A DNA stretch of 64,000 bases from Candidatus Latescibacterota bacterium (GCA_965116885.1 OZ220741.1:256001-320000); one strand, 5' to 3'; positions 1 through 9,700 are shown, numbered from the stretch's first letter. The notes: generated by a model not told the origin, from the sequence alone. Numbers and translations: made by a program.

Positions 1-1999
1 TGGTGCTGAACCAGCGTTGGTCCTTTCTGTATTGCCTGTCGATATCGTCTTTGAGAAATCGGTATTCTAATTTGGTTCGAGGGACAAGTTGTTGCCATTC
101 TTTTTCGAGAATGGCAATGGTCCCGGGGATATTGTCAGGAGAAATTTTGACGAGTAAATAGCCATCTATCTCAGGGTCTAAAATAATTGCAGCAGGTGCG
201 ACGGTATGATGCAAAGACCGAAAATGAAAATCTTTGACAACGCCAATAACCGTTGGAGACCCCTTGCTTTTCCAGCTTGAGAGCGTCTGTCCTGCACCAT
301 TTTTCCAGCCTAAATGTTTGACAAACGCCTCATTGACAATGAGCGCGTTGGTTTTGTCTCTTGTCCTTGAGAAATCCCTCCCTTCAAGCAACTTGAGATT
401 CATCATTTTGACAAAATCATATCCTACATAGATTAATTCTGTTGTAAAACGCTCTCCTTCAATGTCAAAAGTGCGGCGACTCCGAGTCCTATTGCTCAAA
501 ACATGTCCAACCGTGGTAGTACCAATAATCTGAGGGTAGGTAGCAATTTTGTCTTTATAAGCATCTATTGAAGTGGGCGAAATTTTTTGTAGATCAAAAG
601 TTGAAATTACTACGACGTTATCTATATAGAGTCCCAGATCCTTATTTTTCAGGAAGTCGATTTGCCTTGTCATCGTGAATGCACCAATGAGTAGCATCGT
701 CGAAAGTGCAAATTGAAGAATGAGCAGTATCCGGATTAAAATTGTAGGTTTTAAGGATGCTATTCTCGCACTCAAAATTTCAATGGTTTGAAAACGCGAT
801 AATACCAGGGCAGGATAAAAGCCAGAGACCATCCCTATGGTTAGGGTCAGAGCCAATACATATAGCACGGTGGTTAGATCAACGTATTTTAAGGCAAGCT
901 CTTTGCCCATCAGCGCGTTAAACATTGGCAACATCAATTCGACGAGCGCGAGGCCCAATATCAGAGCAAGGAAGGATAGAATAATGGATTCACCGAGATA
1001 TTGGCCGATTAATTGCTGCCGATGCGCGCCAAATAACTTGCGAATGCCGACTTCTTTGCTCCGCGTTGAAGAGATACCTATGGTCAGGACGGAAAAATTG
1101 GTGCCTGCTACGAGGATGATGATCAATGCAATGCCAGTAAGTACATAAGAATAGATGGGATTGCTGACTGGCTCAGGTCCTCGGACACTTTGATCGAAGT
1201 GTATCTCTTTGAGCGGTTGTAAGAAGAATTGGAGTGGCCTGGGATACCCGGCCTGGTCTGCCAGGGTCTTGCCAACCTCTGGGAGGCGATCTTTTACTTG
1301 CTGAAGCGCCATTGCTTTGGGGAGCATGACAAAAGTGCTGATGCCGCCTGTAAAATGCCATGTGTCGGGATGTGCTTCCGAGGCAGCTTCAAAGGGAAGA
1401 AGGCCATCGAATCGCAGACTGGAATTTTTGGGAATATCTTTTAGAATACCGGAAACAATATGGTCTTTGCCCTTTGGTGCCGGACTTCCACCTATAGACA
1501 TCCACTGTGTTGGACGTAAGGTAATCATCTGTCCTATGGGATTGGTGTTGGGAAATAATTTCTGAGCCGTTTCTTGTGTGATGAGAATTGATTGTACGTC
1601 ATGTAGCGCGGCAGTGCCACTAACAAGCGGAAATGAAAAGATGTCTAAAAATTCGGGGTCAACATATCTTAATTCAAGTGAAAAGGAATTTTCTCCTTTT
1701 ACGGCGTTTCCCCGACTGCGATAGGCGCGAACGATTTTTAAGCCAGCAAATTCATTTGCAAAAGCAGGTCCCAAAGGCCCCGGTGTGATGGCATTGATGC
1801 GGTTTCTGGATTTCAGGCAAATTCTGTAGATATGATCCATATTTTCGTGAAATCGGTCGTAGGTCCATTCGTTATGCACGAATAATAGTCCGAGAATGCC
1901 AAATGCCAGCGCGATGGATACACCAATGATATTGATCAAGGTAGTTAATTTATGTTTGAAAAGGCTCCTGAGTGCCAGCACGATGTAATTACGGATCAT
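1..1999 (-). CDS. ABC transporter permease, MacB/FtsX family (3' end runs off window)
   Basis: Not in ORF track (no stop in window). ATG at 1999 after GGAGG; translates MIRNYIVLALRSLFKHKLTTLINIIGVSIALAFGILGLLFVHNEWTYDRFHEN; same frame gives RSKEVGIRKLFGA near 1050 and FLKDDIDRQYRKDQRW near base 30. Confidence 0.9.
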   Translation of the reverse strand, partial: MIRNYIVLALRSLFKHKLTTLINIIGVSIALAFGILGLLFVHNEWTYDRFHENMDHIYRICLKSRNRINAITPGPLGPAFANEFAGLKIVRAYRSRGNAVKGENSFSLELRYVDPEFLDIFSFPLVSGTAALHDVQSILITQETAQKLFPNTNPIGQMITLRPTQWMSIGGSPAPKGKDHIVSGILKDIPKNSSLRFDGLLPFEAASEAHPDTWHFTGGISTFVMLPKAMALQQVKDRLPEVGKTLADQAGYPRPLQFFLQPLKEIHFDQSVRGPEPVSNPIYSYVLTGIALIIILVAGTNFSVLTIGISSTRSKEVGIRKLFGAHRQQLIGQYLGESIILSFLALILGLALVELMLPMFNALMGKELALKYVDLTTVLYVLALTLTIGMVSGFYPALVLSRFQTIEILSARIASLKPTILIRILLILQFALSTMLLIGAFTMTRQIDFLKNKDLGLYIDNVVVISTFDLQKISPTSIDAYKDKIATYPQIIGTTTVGHVLSNRTRSRRTFDIEGERFTTELIYVGYDFVKMMNLKLLEGRDFSRTRDKTNALIVNEAFVKHLGWKNGAGQTLSSWKSKGSPTVIGVVKDFHFRSLHHTVAPAAIILDPEIDGYLLVKISPDNIPGTIAILEKEWQQLVPRTKLEYRFLKDDIDRQYRKDQRWFST

Positions 2000-2263
2000 A
2001 AATATGCCTCCGGTTGATGGGGTTCCCTGCCAGAAAGCAGAGAACCCTTTATAGATCATCCGAAGATAATGCTATTCACATTTAGAATAGGCAAGCAATA
2101 TTCTCCTTTGAAAGAGAAGTCCGGTGCTTCAGATCGCCAGGGTAATGAATCAATTGATGTCCACTGGATGAGCGCAGATTGTGGTTTATCAATAGAAAAG
2201 ACCAAGGCTATGCACACAATGCCAAATGCACAACCTGTCATCCGAGGCCATTTCAATAAGAAT

Positions 2264-2467
2264 TCAAACAATCTCATAAACTTGCCCTTCAGAAAACGCC
2301 AGTGCCAAGCGGATAGAACTCGAACCACTTCCAAATTCGAGAATCCTTTCTACTGTGGGCATCTGAAGAAACGTGGTTGCGATTCTCTCAAATGCTGTCT
2401 CACCAATGCTCCAGTCTGTGTCCAGATGAAGCCGATCCGGTATTTTGAAGTCTAAAATTTTATGCAT
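2264..2467 (-). pseudogene. N-terminal fragment of a class I SAM-dependent methyltransferase
   Basis: 67 aa with SAM motif I-like RILEFGSGSSSIRLA, then a stop shortly after; far too short for the fold. Confidence 0.55.
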
Positions 2468-2484
2468 TCCTTACTTCTCTTGAT

Positions 2485-2718
2485 TTAATAGCCGTCATGT
2501 GCAAATACGTACACATACCAGGAGGCCTGTTCTGGTCCTATCCCATCAGGAGGAGCTTCACAACCCCAAATTTCAGCGAGTCGAGCCTCTTCTTCCTGGG
2601 CTTCTCTTTTAGAATTATAATGACCAACAATTCTCCAGTTTCTGAATGAGCGGTATCTGGATCGCCAATGTCGCTTTCGCTCGTCGGGATCCATAGTAAT
2701 GCCAACTCTACAGGCCAT
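2485..2718 (-). CDS. small hypothetical protein, GIY-YIG-like N-terminal motif
   Basis: 77 aa ORF starting 17 nt after the rSAM stop; CRVGITMDPDERKRHW and AQEEEARL resemble GIY-YIG elements. Confidence 0.65.
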   Translation of the reverse strand: MACRVGITMDPDERKRHWRSRYRSFRNWRIVGHYNSKREAQEEEARLAEIWGCEAPPDGIGPEQASWYVYVFAHDGY

Positions 2719-2735
2719 CTTTATCTCTTTATGAT

Positions 2736-4172
2736 TTACGAGGTTATTTCCAGACTATATCGTCGCTGCAACAAAGACGCATCGGCTTCTGCAATCTCCA
2801 TACACATTTCCATCGCCAATTCATAGCGATAGCGCGTCTGTTCACAAGAAACTGGATTTGGATACATCGGATCACCCGTTGTCGTCCGCGCCTCCCAAAG
2901 ACACCCGCCACCACACAGGTTGCGCGCCCAGCACGTCTTGCACTCAGGACGATTATTCACATTGAACTGCGCGTCAAAATGCTGCTGCTTTGCGCGGTCA
3001 ATACCCGCAAACACATTCCCCATCTTAAACTCGGGTGCATCGGCCAAACTCGAACAAAAATAAATCGACCCATCTGCTGCAATCGCCAAATACTGCTTAC
3101 CACCGAGGCATCCATGACAAGATTTCTTGCGCGTCAAAAGTTTTTGAATCCGTGGATCAAACTCTTCATCTTCACCCTTTTCGCCACTTAAAATAGCTTT
3201 GAGCGCACGCTGGCTCCGCTTGTAAATTTGCTGCTTCAAAACAGGTATGTGTTCTTCCCCAATCGCATAAGGCGCATCGGGGGAGACAACAGCCAGGTCA
3301 ACAAGCGCGTTATCAGTACCCAGAGAACGCAACGCATCGGCAATCTGATCTTCATCCATATCATAAGCTGTCATAACAGCCTGCAAATACACGCGCTCAG
3401 GTGCCTCAGCAGTCAGTTTCTTTACATTCTTTGCCACAACATCATAAGTCCCAGAACCATTGTGAAACTTGCGAATGCGATCCTGTGTTTTACGCCCCCC
3501 ATCCAGGCTGACCTTAATCTGAAACTTTTCATCAACCAAAAACTGCTTCATCTCGTCGGTCAACAGCGTGCCATTGGTCACAATGCCAAAACCAACCTGC
3601 ACACCCAATCGCGCTCCCAGGGATTTGGCAAACGGGACAAGCTCTCTCATCAATGGAAAATTCAGAAGCGGTTCCCCGCCAAAAAAATCAATCTGGCACC
3701 GCCCAAACCCCTGAGCTTCAGTGACAATCCAGCGTATGGCTTGCTCGGCAACTTTGGGTTGCATCAGCATGGCCTTACCGCCATAATCCCCGCCATGAGC
3801 AAAGCAATAAGCACATTGAATATTGCACGTATGGGAAACGTGCAAGGACACCTGCAAACGGTCTGTCTGCGACACGCCACAGGCAGCTACCCCTTCTGTT
3901 GTCGGTACATTAGCTACTACAGGTAGTGCACCATCCGAAATCAAACCCACCTGCGCCAATTCGCCGATAGCCTGAGCAATTTCTTCTGCCTCGTATTGAT
4001 CAACCAATACTTGAACAACCTGTGAAGCCGACAAGCCCTCACAACACTCTAAAATCGCCTCGAAAAGGGTATCCAGTTCAAAAAACAGACCTGTCTCAAC
4101 CTGATAGACAATCGGCTGTTTTTGCTCCTCGGTTTCAAAAAGATGCATGTCACATTTCTGAATGCACAGCAT
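2736..4172 (-). CDS. radical SAM/SPASM peptide maturase with N-terminal RRE (CteB/PapB/QhpD-like)
   Basis: HVSHTCNIQCAYCFAHGGDYGG (CxxxCxxC), FFGGEPLLNF, SPASM CLGG..GSIYFC..CKTCWARNLCGGGC..C, ~80 aa PqqD-like N-terminus; ATG 4172 after GAGGAG. Confidence 0.93.
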   Translation of the reverse strand: MLCIQKCDMHLFETEEQKQPIVYQVETGLFFELDTLFEAILECCEGLSASQVVQVLVDQYEAEEIAQAIGELAQVGLISDGALPVVANVPTTEGVAACGVSQTDRLQVSLHVSHTCNIQCAYCFAHGGDYGGKAMLMQPKVAEQAIRWIVTEAQGFGRCQIDFFGGEPLLNFPLMRELVPFAKSLGARLGVQVGFGIVTNGTLLTDEMKQFLVDEKFQIKVSLDGGRKTQDRIRKFHNGSGTYDVVAKNVKKLTAEAPERVYLQAVMTAYDMDEDQIADALRSLGTDNALVDLAVVSPDAPYAIGEEHIPVLKQQIYKRSQRALKAILSGEKGEDEEFDPRIQKLLTRKKSCHGCLGGKQYLAIAADGSIYFCSSLADAPEFKMGNVFAGIDRAKQQHFDAQFNVNNRPECKTCWARNLCGGGCLWEARTTTGDPMYPNPVSCEQTRYRYELAMEMCMEIAEADASLLQRRYSLEITS

Positions 4173-4196
4173 AGCACACACTCCTCAAAACCGAAA

Positions 4197-4391
4197 TCAC
4201 TTATCCTGATCATCAGCTTGATCAAAATCGTCCCAATCGTCATCGTCATCGGGAAAGGGTAAGAGAGGAACGCAGAAGACACCGGGGTAACAGCTACCAA
4301 TTTCAAAACTCCTCGTAGCCTGATACATAAGAATACCACCTTCTTCATTCATCGTTCCATTGATCAAGGTCAGCTTGCTCTGGGTCACCAT
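4197..4391 (-). CDS. putative RiPP precursor peptide (64 aa)
   Basis: AAGGAGAGAAAT-ATG; MVTQSKLTLINGTMNEEGGILMYQATRSFEIGSCYPGVFCVPLLPFPDDDDDWDDFDQADDQDK; 24 nt upstream of rSAM start, downstream of a sigma54 promoter. Confidence 0.8.
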   Translation of the reverse strand: MVTQSKLTLINGTMNEEGGILMYQATRSFEIGSCYPGVFCVPLLPFPDDDDDWDDFDQADDQDK

Positions 4392-4447
4392 ATTTCTCTC
4401 CTTAAACAATGCGAAAATCTAATGCCGTTACTGTCCGCCTATCATAC

Positions 4448-4463
4448 TGCAAGTTCCGTGCCA
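4448..4463 (-). promoter_or_regulatory. sigma54 -24/-12 promoter for precursor-rSAM operon
   Basis: Minus strand TGGCACGGAACTTGCA = TGGCAC-N5-TTGCW, 56 nt upstream of the precursor ATG. Confidence 0.88.
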
Positions 4464-4480
4464 AAAATCGTTTCAAAATA

Positions 4481-4511
4481 AAAAAAAGCACTTGAAAATT
4501 CTCAAGTGCTT
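4481..4511 (-). terminator. intrinsic terminator after kinase-bEBP gene
   Basis: Minus strand AAGCACTTGAGAATTTTCAAGTGCTT followed by a T-run. Confidence 0.6.
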
Positions 4512-4554
4512 GAAAAACAAAGAGATAAAATTTAAAAATTATTTTTATTACAAA

Positions 4555-4690
4555 TGCGACATTCAGATACAAATGTATCTAATATGATACAGTCTAACCA
4601 TTCATTTAAATATAATATGCATAACTGATTGATTTATATAAATATAAACGAAATGTAACCCAAATGATATTACTGTTACAAAATGATACA
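4555..4690. promoter_or_regulatory. putative enhancer (UAS) pairs and IHF site
   Basis: TGCGACATTCAGATACA 4555, TGTATCTAATATGATACA 4574, TGTAACCCAAATGATAT 4654, TGTTACAAAATGATACA 4674; minus-strand AATCAATCAGTTA at 4622-4634 fits IHF consensus WATCAANNNNTTR. Confidence 0.6.
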
Positions 4691-4702
4691 CCCGTTCAAC
4701 AT

Positions 4703-7700
4703 CTATCTCAACCCCAAACGATTGATCTTTCTATATAAGCTAATGCGTGCCACCCCCAGTTCTTCGGCCGCATGCGTAATATTACCCTCGCATCTCTCGA
4801 GTGCGTTCCGAATCAACCGTCTCTCATACTCTTGCATAAGATCTTGTAAACGCCCCTGGTATTCAGTAGAGACATCTGACACTTTGTGCCCAACAGCTTC
4901 TGAAAACAAATCGGGTGTAATTGCGCCATCTTCTTCTGCCAAGGCCACAGCAAGCCGAATCTCATTCTCCAACTCGCGCACATTACCAGGCCAATTGTAA
5001 CTTGTGAGCGCCCTGATCGCACCCACTGTCAGCCCTCCAACAGACTTGTTTGCCTCTTCCTTTGCCCGAATGAGCAAATGTTCGGTCAATACTGGTACAT
5101 CTTCAATATGTTCTCGCAAAGGCGGCATATCGATCTGAATCACGTGCAACCGGTAATACAAATCTTCACGGAAAGAACCATTTTCAACTTCTTTTTTTAA
5201 ATCTCGATTGGTCGCTGCAATAATGCGTACATTCACTGTGCGATCCTCTGTTTCTCCCACGCGCCGGATCTCGCCTTCTTGTAATACCCGCAACAAACTC
5301 CTTTGTAACTCTGGCGGGGCATCTCCGATTTCATCTAAAAAAACCGTGCCGCCATCAGCCGCTTCAAAAATCCCCTTATGATCTTCATTGGCACCTGTAA
5401 ACGCGCCTTTTTTGTGCCCAAACAACTCACTCTGCAATAACTCTGGTGAAAGTGCGGCACAATTTTCCGACAAAAATCGCCGGTCTTTGCGTGTGCTATT
5501 GTAGTGTATGGCACGCGCAGCCAATTCTTTACCCGTACCTGTCTCGCCCTGCACAAGCACGGGAATATCACTCTTTGCAGCGCGTTCTATAAGTTGATAG
5601 ATCGCCTGCATCGCATCGCTTTGTCCGACCATGTCGCCAAGCTGGTGCCGTCTTTCGACCTCTTGCTGCAAATATTGTGCCTTCTCTTCCAATTGTTCGT
5701 ACATCTTCGCATTAGCCAGTGCCACCCCCACCAGATTTGCAAATGCCTGTAAAAACGTCTGATCGGCTTCAGAAAATGCGTTGCTGATACCGCGATGATC
5801 CACATATAGCGCACCCATCACACCTTCCTTAACATGAAACAGAGGCACGCACAATACAGACCGAATGTCGTAGTCTATCACACTCTGATAGCGATTGAGC
5901 CTTTCGTCTGACTGTGCATCAAAGCTCAAAACGGGTTTATTGGTTTCAATAACCCCACGAATAATACCCCGACTCAGTGTTTCTGCATCATCTGCTTCTA
6001 CATTGTGGTGGCGCAGGGCATCAACCACAAAGCCTTTTTGGGTCTTATTTTTAATCGCAACAACTACCCGCTCTGCTGGATAAACAACCAACAAATTACC
6101 CAAAGTTCGATCCAATAACACCTTGACATCGCGCTCTGTTGTCAATTCCTGGCTCACATAGTAAAGCAAGCGCAAGCGATCAACAGACAATGTATCAACT
6201 GAAATCTCAGAACTAAGCGCGGCATCATCGCCGCGAGAAGATTTGCCCAATTGATCTAATAACACCTGTGTTTTCTCGAAAAAATAGGACATTTCCATTT
6301 CTCCAAACGCCTGTTTTGCCACTTCGAGATGTGCCTTAGCTCTTGGTACATCATCGCGCTTGAGATAAAACTCTCCTGCCATCAGCAATGCACGCGCCCA
6401 GTGATCGCCTTTGGATTCTCTTCGGCATTCAATCGCCTGCTCAAAAGCCTCTACTGCCTCAGCAGTCCGCCCTGCCTGGGCGAAAGCAACACCAATACCA
6501 GAATAAACCAGGGGCAATATGCCCGTGTACATACCCGATGTTTGTTGCGTACCTTCACTGGCTTTTTCTGCCCATTCAAGTGCAGTTTCCACATCTCCTA
6601 TTCTCACAGCAGCCGTTGCCGCAATCGCATAAGCGCGATAGACATAATCTTTTCGCGGTATTTCCAAAAAACGCTCTGCCGAGGTCTCAGCATATTCCAA
6701 TGCCTCGGCAAAATCACCGTGTTCCAGTGCCAATTCCCCCAAATAAAGAAAACTCACTGCCTCACCATACACAAGTCCTTGCTTCTGCCACTCACCAATG
6801 ACTTCATGGCAAACGGCTTCCGCACGGTTGAGGTCGCCCAGATAAAAATAAACTCTTGTAAGTAAATTAAGTGCCCAAAGGCGATAGTGCTCCAGACCAA
6901 GTTGCCTAAAGGTCTTTACAGCAGTTTCCAAATACCCTTTAGCTATCTCAAATTGAAATCCCACCAATGCAACCATACCTTCTCGCCCTTGTATAAAAAC
7001 TTCATTTTGTGAATCTCCCAGACTACGGCGTTTCTCTATTTCCCGACGCATATACGCAATCGCTTCTTCGTGCTGTCCAGACACATCGCACAACTGAGCC
7101 AAACTACCCAACGCCTGAATTTCGCCCTCGACATCACCCAGACCACTATAAAGTTGTAATGCCTCCAGCATATATTCTTTTGCAATTTCTCCATGTTGAA
7201 GTACAATGTGAATACCACCTTCATTCCACAAAATACGCGCCTTCAAATCGTTCCGGTCATCGGGCAATAACGCCTTTGCCTCGTCTAAAAGTTCCAGTGC
7301 TCTATTATGCTGGCTACAATTGCGCAGTGCATCTGCATAATCGCACAAAAATTCGATCACATCTGCCCGCGATTCAAAAGCGTCATCCGCTGTCCAGTCC
7401 CGTACAGCCTCAAATCGCATCAATGCTTGGCGACAGGCGTGTTGTTCCAGTGCTTTTTTACCTGATAGGCGCATATATTTCACAGCCTTATCTCGTTCTT
7501 TTGCCGCCGCAAAATGATCCGCCAATTCTTCTGTCAATTCTTCTGCATCTTCCGTCTCTTCCAGAGCATTGCCAATTTCACGATGCAACAGACGCCGCCG
7601 CACAGCTTGCATACGATTGTAAATTGCACGACGACACAAACCCTGTGCAAAGCGATACCGCTCTTCATCGCCATAAGTAATTAACAGCCCTTCTGCAATC

Positions 7701-9508
7701 AGGCTATCAAGCACATCCAGCAGTTCCAACTCATCGCCGCGCCAAACCGCAGCCAATAATTCAAAAGAAAAATCACTCAAAAAAACACAGGCGTATTCCA
7801 TTACCTGGCGTTGCACCGCAGAAAGGGCAGTTATGCGCCTGTACAAAACCTCTGAAATGTCATTGGATAACAGGGTCTCGGGAAACTCTCCCCACTGCCA
7901 ATTGCCGTACACATTTTGCCGAACCACATCGGCATGCACCAACGTCCTCACAGCCTCCACGACAAACAGGGATTGTCCACCTGTTTCTTGGAACAGAGTT
8001 TGCAATGCATCAGAAGGTATGGACCGCTCCCCCAACATCGACGCCGCTAAATACCCCACTTCTTCTTGAGGTAGATTTTCCAACTGAATATGAGTCGCCT
8101 CGGCAAATTCATTGCCGTGTATAAACTTTTCAACTTCCTCTGGAAGCAGCTCCAGGTTAGACCATCGGCAAGTCAGGCATAACAAAAATGGACAGGGTTC
8201 TGGATCGCGCAACACATACTGCAAAAATTCCAGGGTCAATTCATCAAGCCATTGAACATCTTCCAAACACAACACAATGGGCTGTTTCTGACGCAGACGC
8301 TTTAATAACTGCAACCAGCGCTCCATAACAGAAAACTTGTCCGTCTCTAATAAATCGGGCAATCCCGCCATCAAATCCGTCGTCTTTACCTGCTGAAAAG
8401 CATCGATCAACGCACCGTATATTTGTCCACCCTCTTCCTGCCCTGCACCTTTCAAACACAGAAAGTCATGGATCAGCGCATCGCCCAAGAGTTCTTCAAT
8501 CAGTCTCGTTTTACCCACTCCAGACTCACCGGAGATCAAAACTACGCGCTGTTTGCCAGCATGTACATCCTGCAAGATCGCACCCAGTATCTTCATTTCA
8601 GATTCCCGCCCAACAAATTGCGGCCGCATAACTTTTCTATGCACATCGCGCTGCTCTTCATTCGGAAGCACCAACTCCGATGGTAAGGCACGCACCAGTT
8701 CCTCTGCCGACTGGTAACGATCAACACGCTCCTTTGCCAGCAACTTCAACACAATTTGTTTCATCTGTTCGGGAACCGCGATATTGACCTGGCCTATTGG
8801 TAGCGGTGACTCTCGAATATGCTTCATAATAACAGATATTGGGTTTTGTCCAGAAAAGGGCGGTGTGTCCGTGAGGACCTCGTATAAAATTACGCCCAAT
8901 GAGTACAGATCTGACCGATGATCCACCCACAAACCCTTACCTTGCTCTGGCGACATATACTCCGCGGTACCAATCGTTGCGCCTGTCTGCGTAATGGAGG
9001 CACTATGTAGATGCCTGAATTTCGCCAACCCCAGATCCAGGATCGTGGTCTCAATCCCCTCTTTTGTCTCCACAACCATAATATTGGATGGCTTGAGATC
9101 GCGATGCACCGCACCCTGCGCGTGGATATAAGCCAACCCCTCGGCAATTTGTTGTATCAAATCAAAAAAGTGAGAAGTTCGAAATTGCCCTAAAAATGCC
9201 TGATCGGCAATTATTTTTTCCAATGTCTTTCCGGGCAAATATTCCATTGTAAAATAGGGACGCTCCTCGGCAAAGCCCCAGGTGTATGTGCGAACCAGAC
9301 GCGGGTGCTGGAATCGGTTCAACACCTGAAATTCTCTGTGAAAACGGCGGCGCACAGCCTGCTCATCCATCATTTCATTCAAAATTTTGAGCGCACACTC
9401 CTCGTCTTGCTCCAGGTCCAGAACCCGATAGACTTCACCCATGCCCCCGGATCCCAGATGTGTCTGGATTTGATATTTGTTGTCGAGAATGGTACCGATT
9501 TCAAACAT
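4703..9508 (-). CDS. Ser/Thr kinase - STAND/AAA ATPase - TPR - GAF - sigma54 activator - Fis HTH fusion (1601 aa)
   Basis: GSGGMGEVY, ALK, HRDLKPSN, DLG, GTAEYMSPE; FVGRESE..GESGVGKT..LEDVQWLD; helical repeats; GAF RSVLCVPL..GALYVD; GETGTGKE, ELFGHKKGAFTGA, FLDEIG, WPGNVREL, C-terminal HTH; likely start MFEIG at 9508. Confidence 0.95.
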   Translation of the reverse strand: MFEIGTILDNKYQIQTHLGSGGMGEVYRVLDLEQDEECALKILNEMMDEQAVRRRFHREFQVLNRFQHPRLVRTYTWGFAEERPYFTMEYLPGKTLEKIIADQAFLGQFRTSHFFDLIQQIAEGLAYIHAQGAVHRDLKPSNIMVVETKEGIETTILDLGLAKFRHLHSASITQTGATIGTAEYMSPEQGKGLWVDHRSDLYSLGVILYEVLTDTPPFSGQNPISVIMKHIRESPLPIGQVNIAVPEQMKQIVLKLLAKERVDRYQSAEELVRALPSELVLPNEEQRDVHRKVMRPQFVGRESEMKILGAILQDVHAGKQRVVLISGESGVGKTRLIEELLGDALIHDFLCLKGAGQEEGGQIYGALIDAFQQVKTTDLMAGLPDLLETDKFSVMERWLQLLKRLRQKQPIVLCLEDVQWLDELTLEFLQYVLRDPEPCPFLLCLTCRWSNLELLPEEVEKFIHGNEFAEATHIQLENLPQEEVGYLAASMLGERSIPSDALQTLFQETGGQSLFVVEAVRTLVHADVVRQNVYGNWQWGEFPETLLSNDISEVLYRRITALSAVQRQVMEYACVFLSDFSFELLAAVWRGDELELLDVLDSLIAEGLLITYGDEERYRFAQGLCRRAIYNRMQAVRRRLLHREIGNALEETEDAEELTEELADHFAAAKERDKAVKYMRLSGKKALEQHACRQALMRFEAVRDWTADDAFESRADVIEFLCDYADALRNCSQHNRALELLDEAKALLPDDRNDLKARILWNEGGIHIVLQHGEIAKEYMLEALQLYSGLGDVEGEIQALGSLAQLCDVSGQHEEAIAYMRREIEKRRSLGDSQNEVFIQGREGMVALVGFQFEIAKGYLETAVKTFRQLGLEHYRLWALNLLTRVYFYLGDLNRAEAVCHEVIGEWQKQGLVYGEAVSFLYLGELALEHGDFAEALEYAETSAERFLEIPRKDYVYRAYAIAATAAVRIGDVETALEWAEKASEGTQQTSGMYTGILPLVYSGIGVAFAQAGRTAEAVEAFEQAIECRRESKGDHWARALLMAGEFYLKRDDVPRAKAHLEVAKQAFGEMEMSYFFEKTQVLLDQLGKSSRGDDAALSSEISVDTLSVDRLRLLYYVSQELTTERDVKVLLDRTLGNLLVVYPAERVVVAIKNKTQKGFVVDALRHHNVEADDAETLSRGIIRGVIETNKPVLSFDAQSDERLNRYQSVIDYDIRSVLCVPLFHVKEGVMGALYVDHRGISNAFSEADQTFLQAFANLVGVALANAKMYEQLEEKAQYLQQEVERRHQLGDMVGQSDAMQAIYQLIERAAKSDIPVLVQGETGTGKELAARAIHYNSTRKDRRFLSENCAALSPELLQSELFGHKKGAFTGANEDHKGIFEAADGGTVFLDEIGDAPPELQRSLLRVLQEGEIRRVGETEDRTVNVRIIAATNRDLKKEVENGSFREDLYYRLHVIQIDMPPLREHIEDVPVLTEHLLIRAKEEANKSVGGLTVGAIRALTSYNWPGNVRELENEIRLAVALAEEDGAITPDLFSEAVGHKVSDVSTEYQGRLQDLMQEYERRLIRNALERCEGNITHAAEELGVARISLYRKINRLGLR

Positions 9509-9661
9509 AAAAGCAACCACCGTCAGAAGCGGTGTACAACTGGTCAATTTCCAGACCAGTTCATCAGGATATGCAAGATTAAATGCATGACAAGATATAG
9601 CGTTGTTGCGTAAGGTCAAATATATATTTGGGGAATCACCGTCGAAAACATTAGCAGTATA

Positions 9662-9700
9662 AACCAAAAAACCACGCCCAAAGGACGTGGTTTTTTGGTT
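9662..9700. terminator. intrinsic terminator after GWxTD gene (symmetrical)
   Basis: AACCAAAAAACCACG-cccaaagga-CGTGGTTTTTTGGTT inverted repeat. Confidence 0.7.

Noticed and set aside
2736..4172. Call as SCIFF maturase, QhpD or anaerobic sulfatase maturase
   Set aside because: Precursor has two Cys, no qhpA/qhpB or sulfatase adjacent, and an RRE plus peptide argues against anSME; no gene symbol assigned
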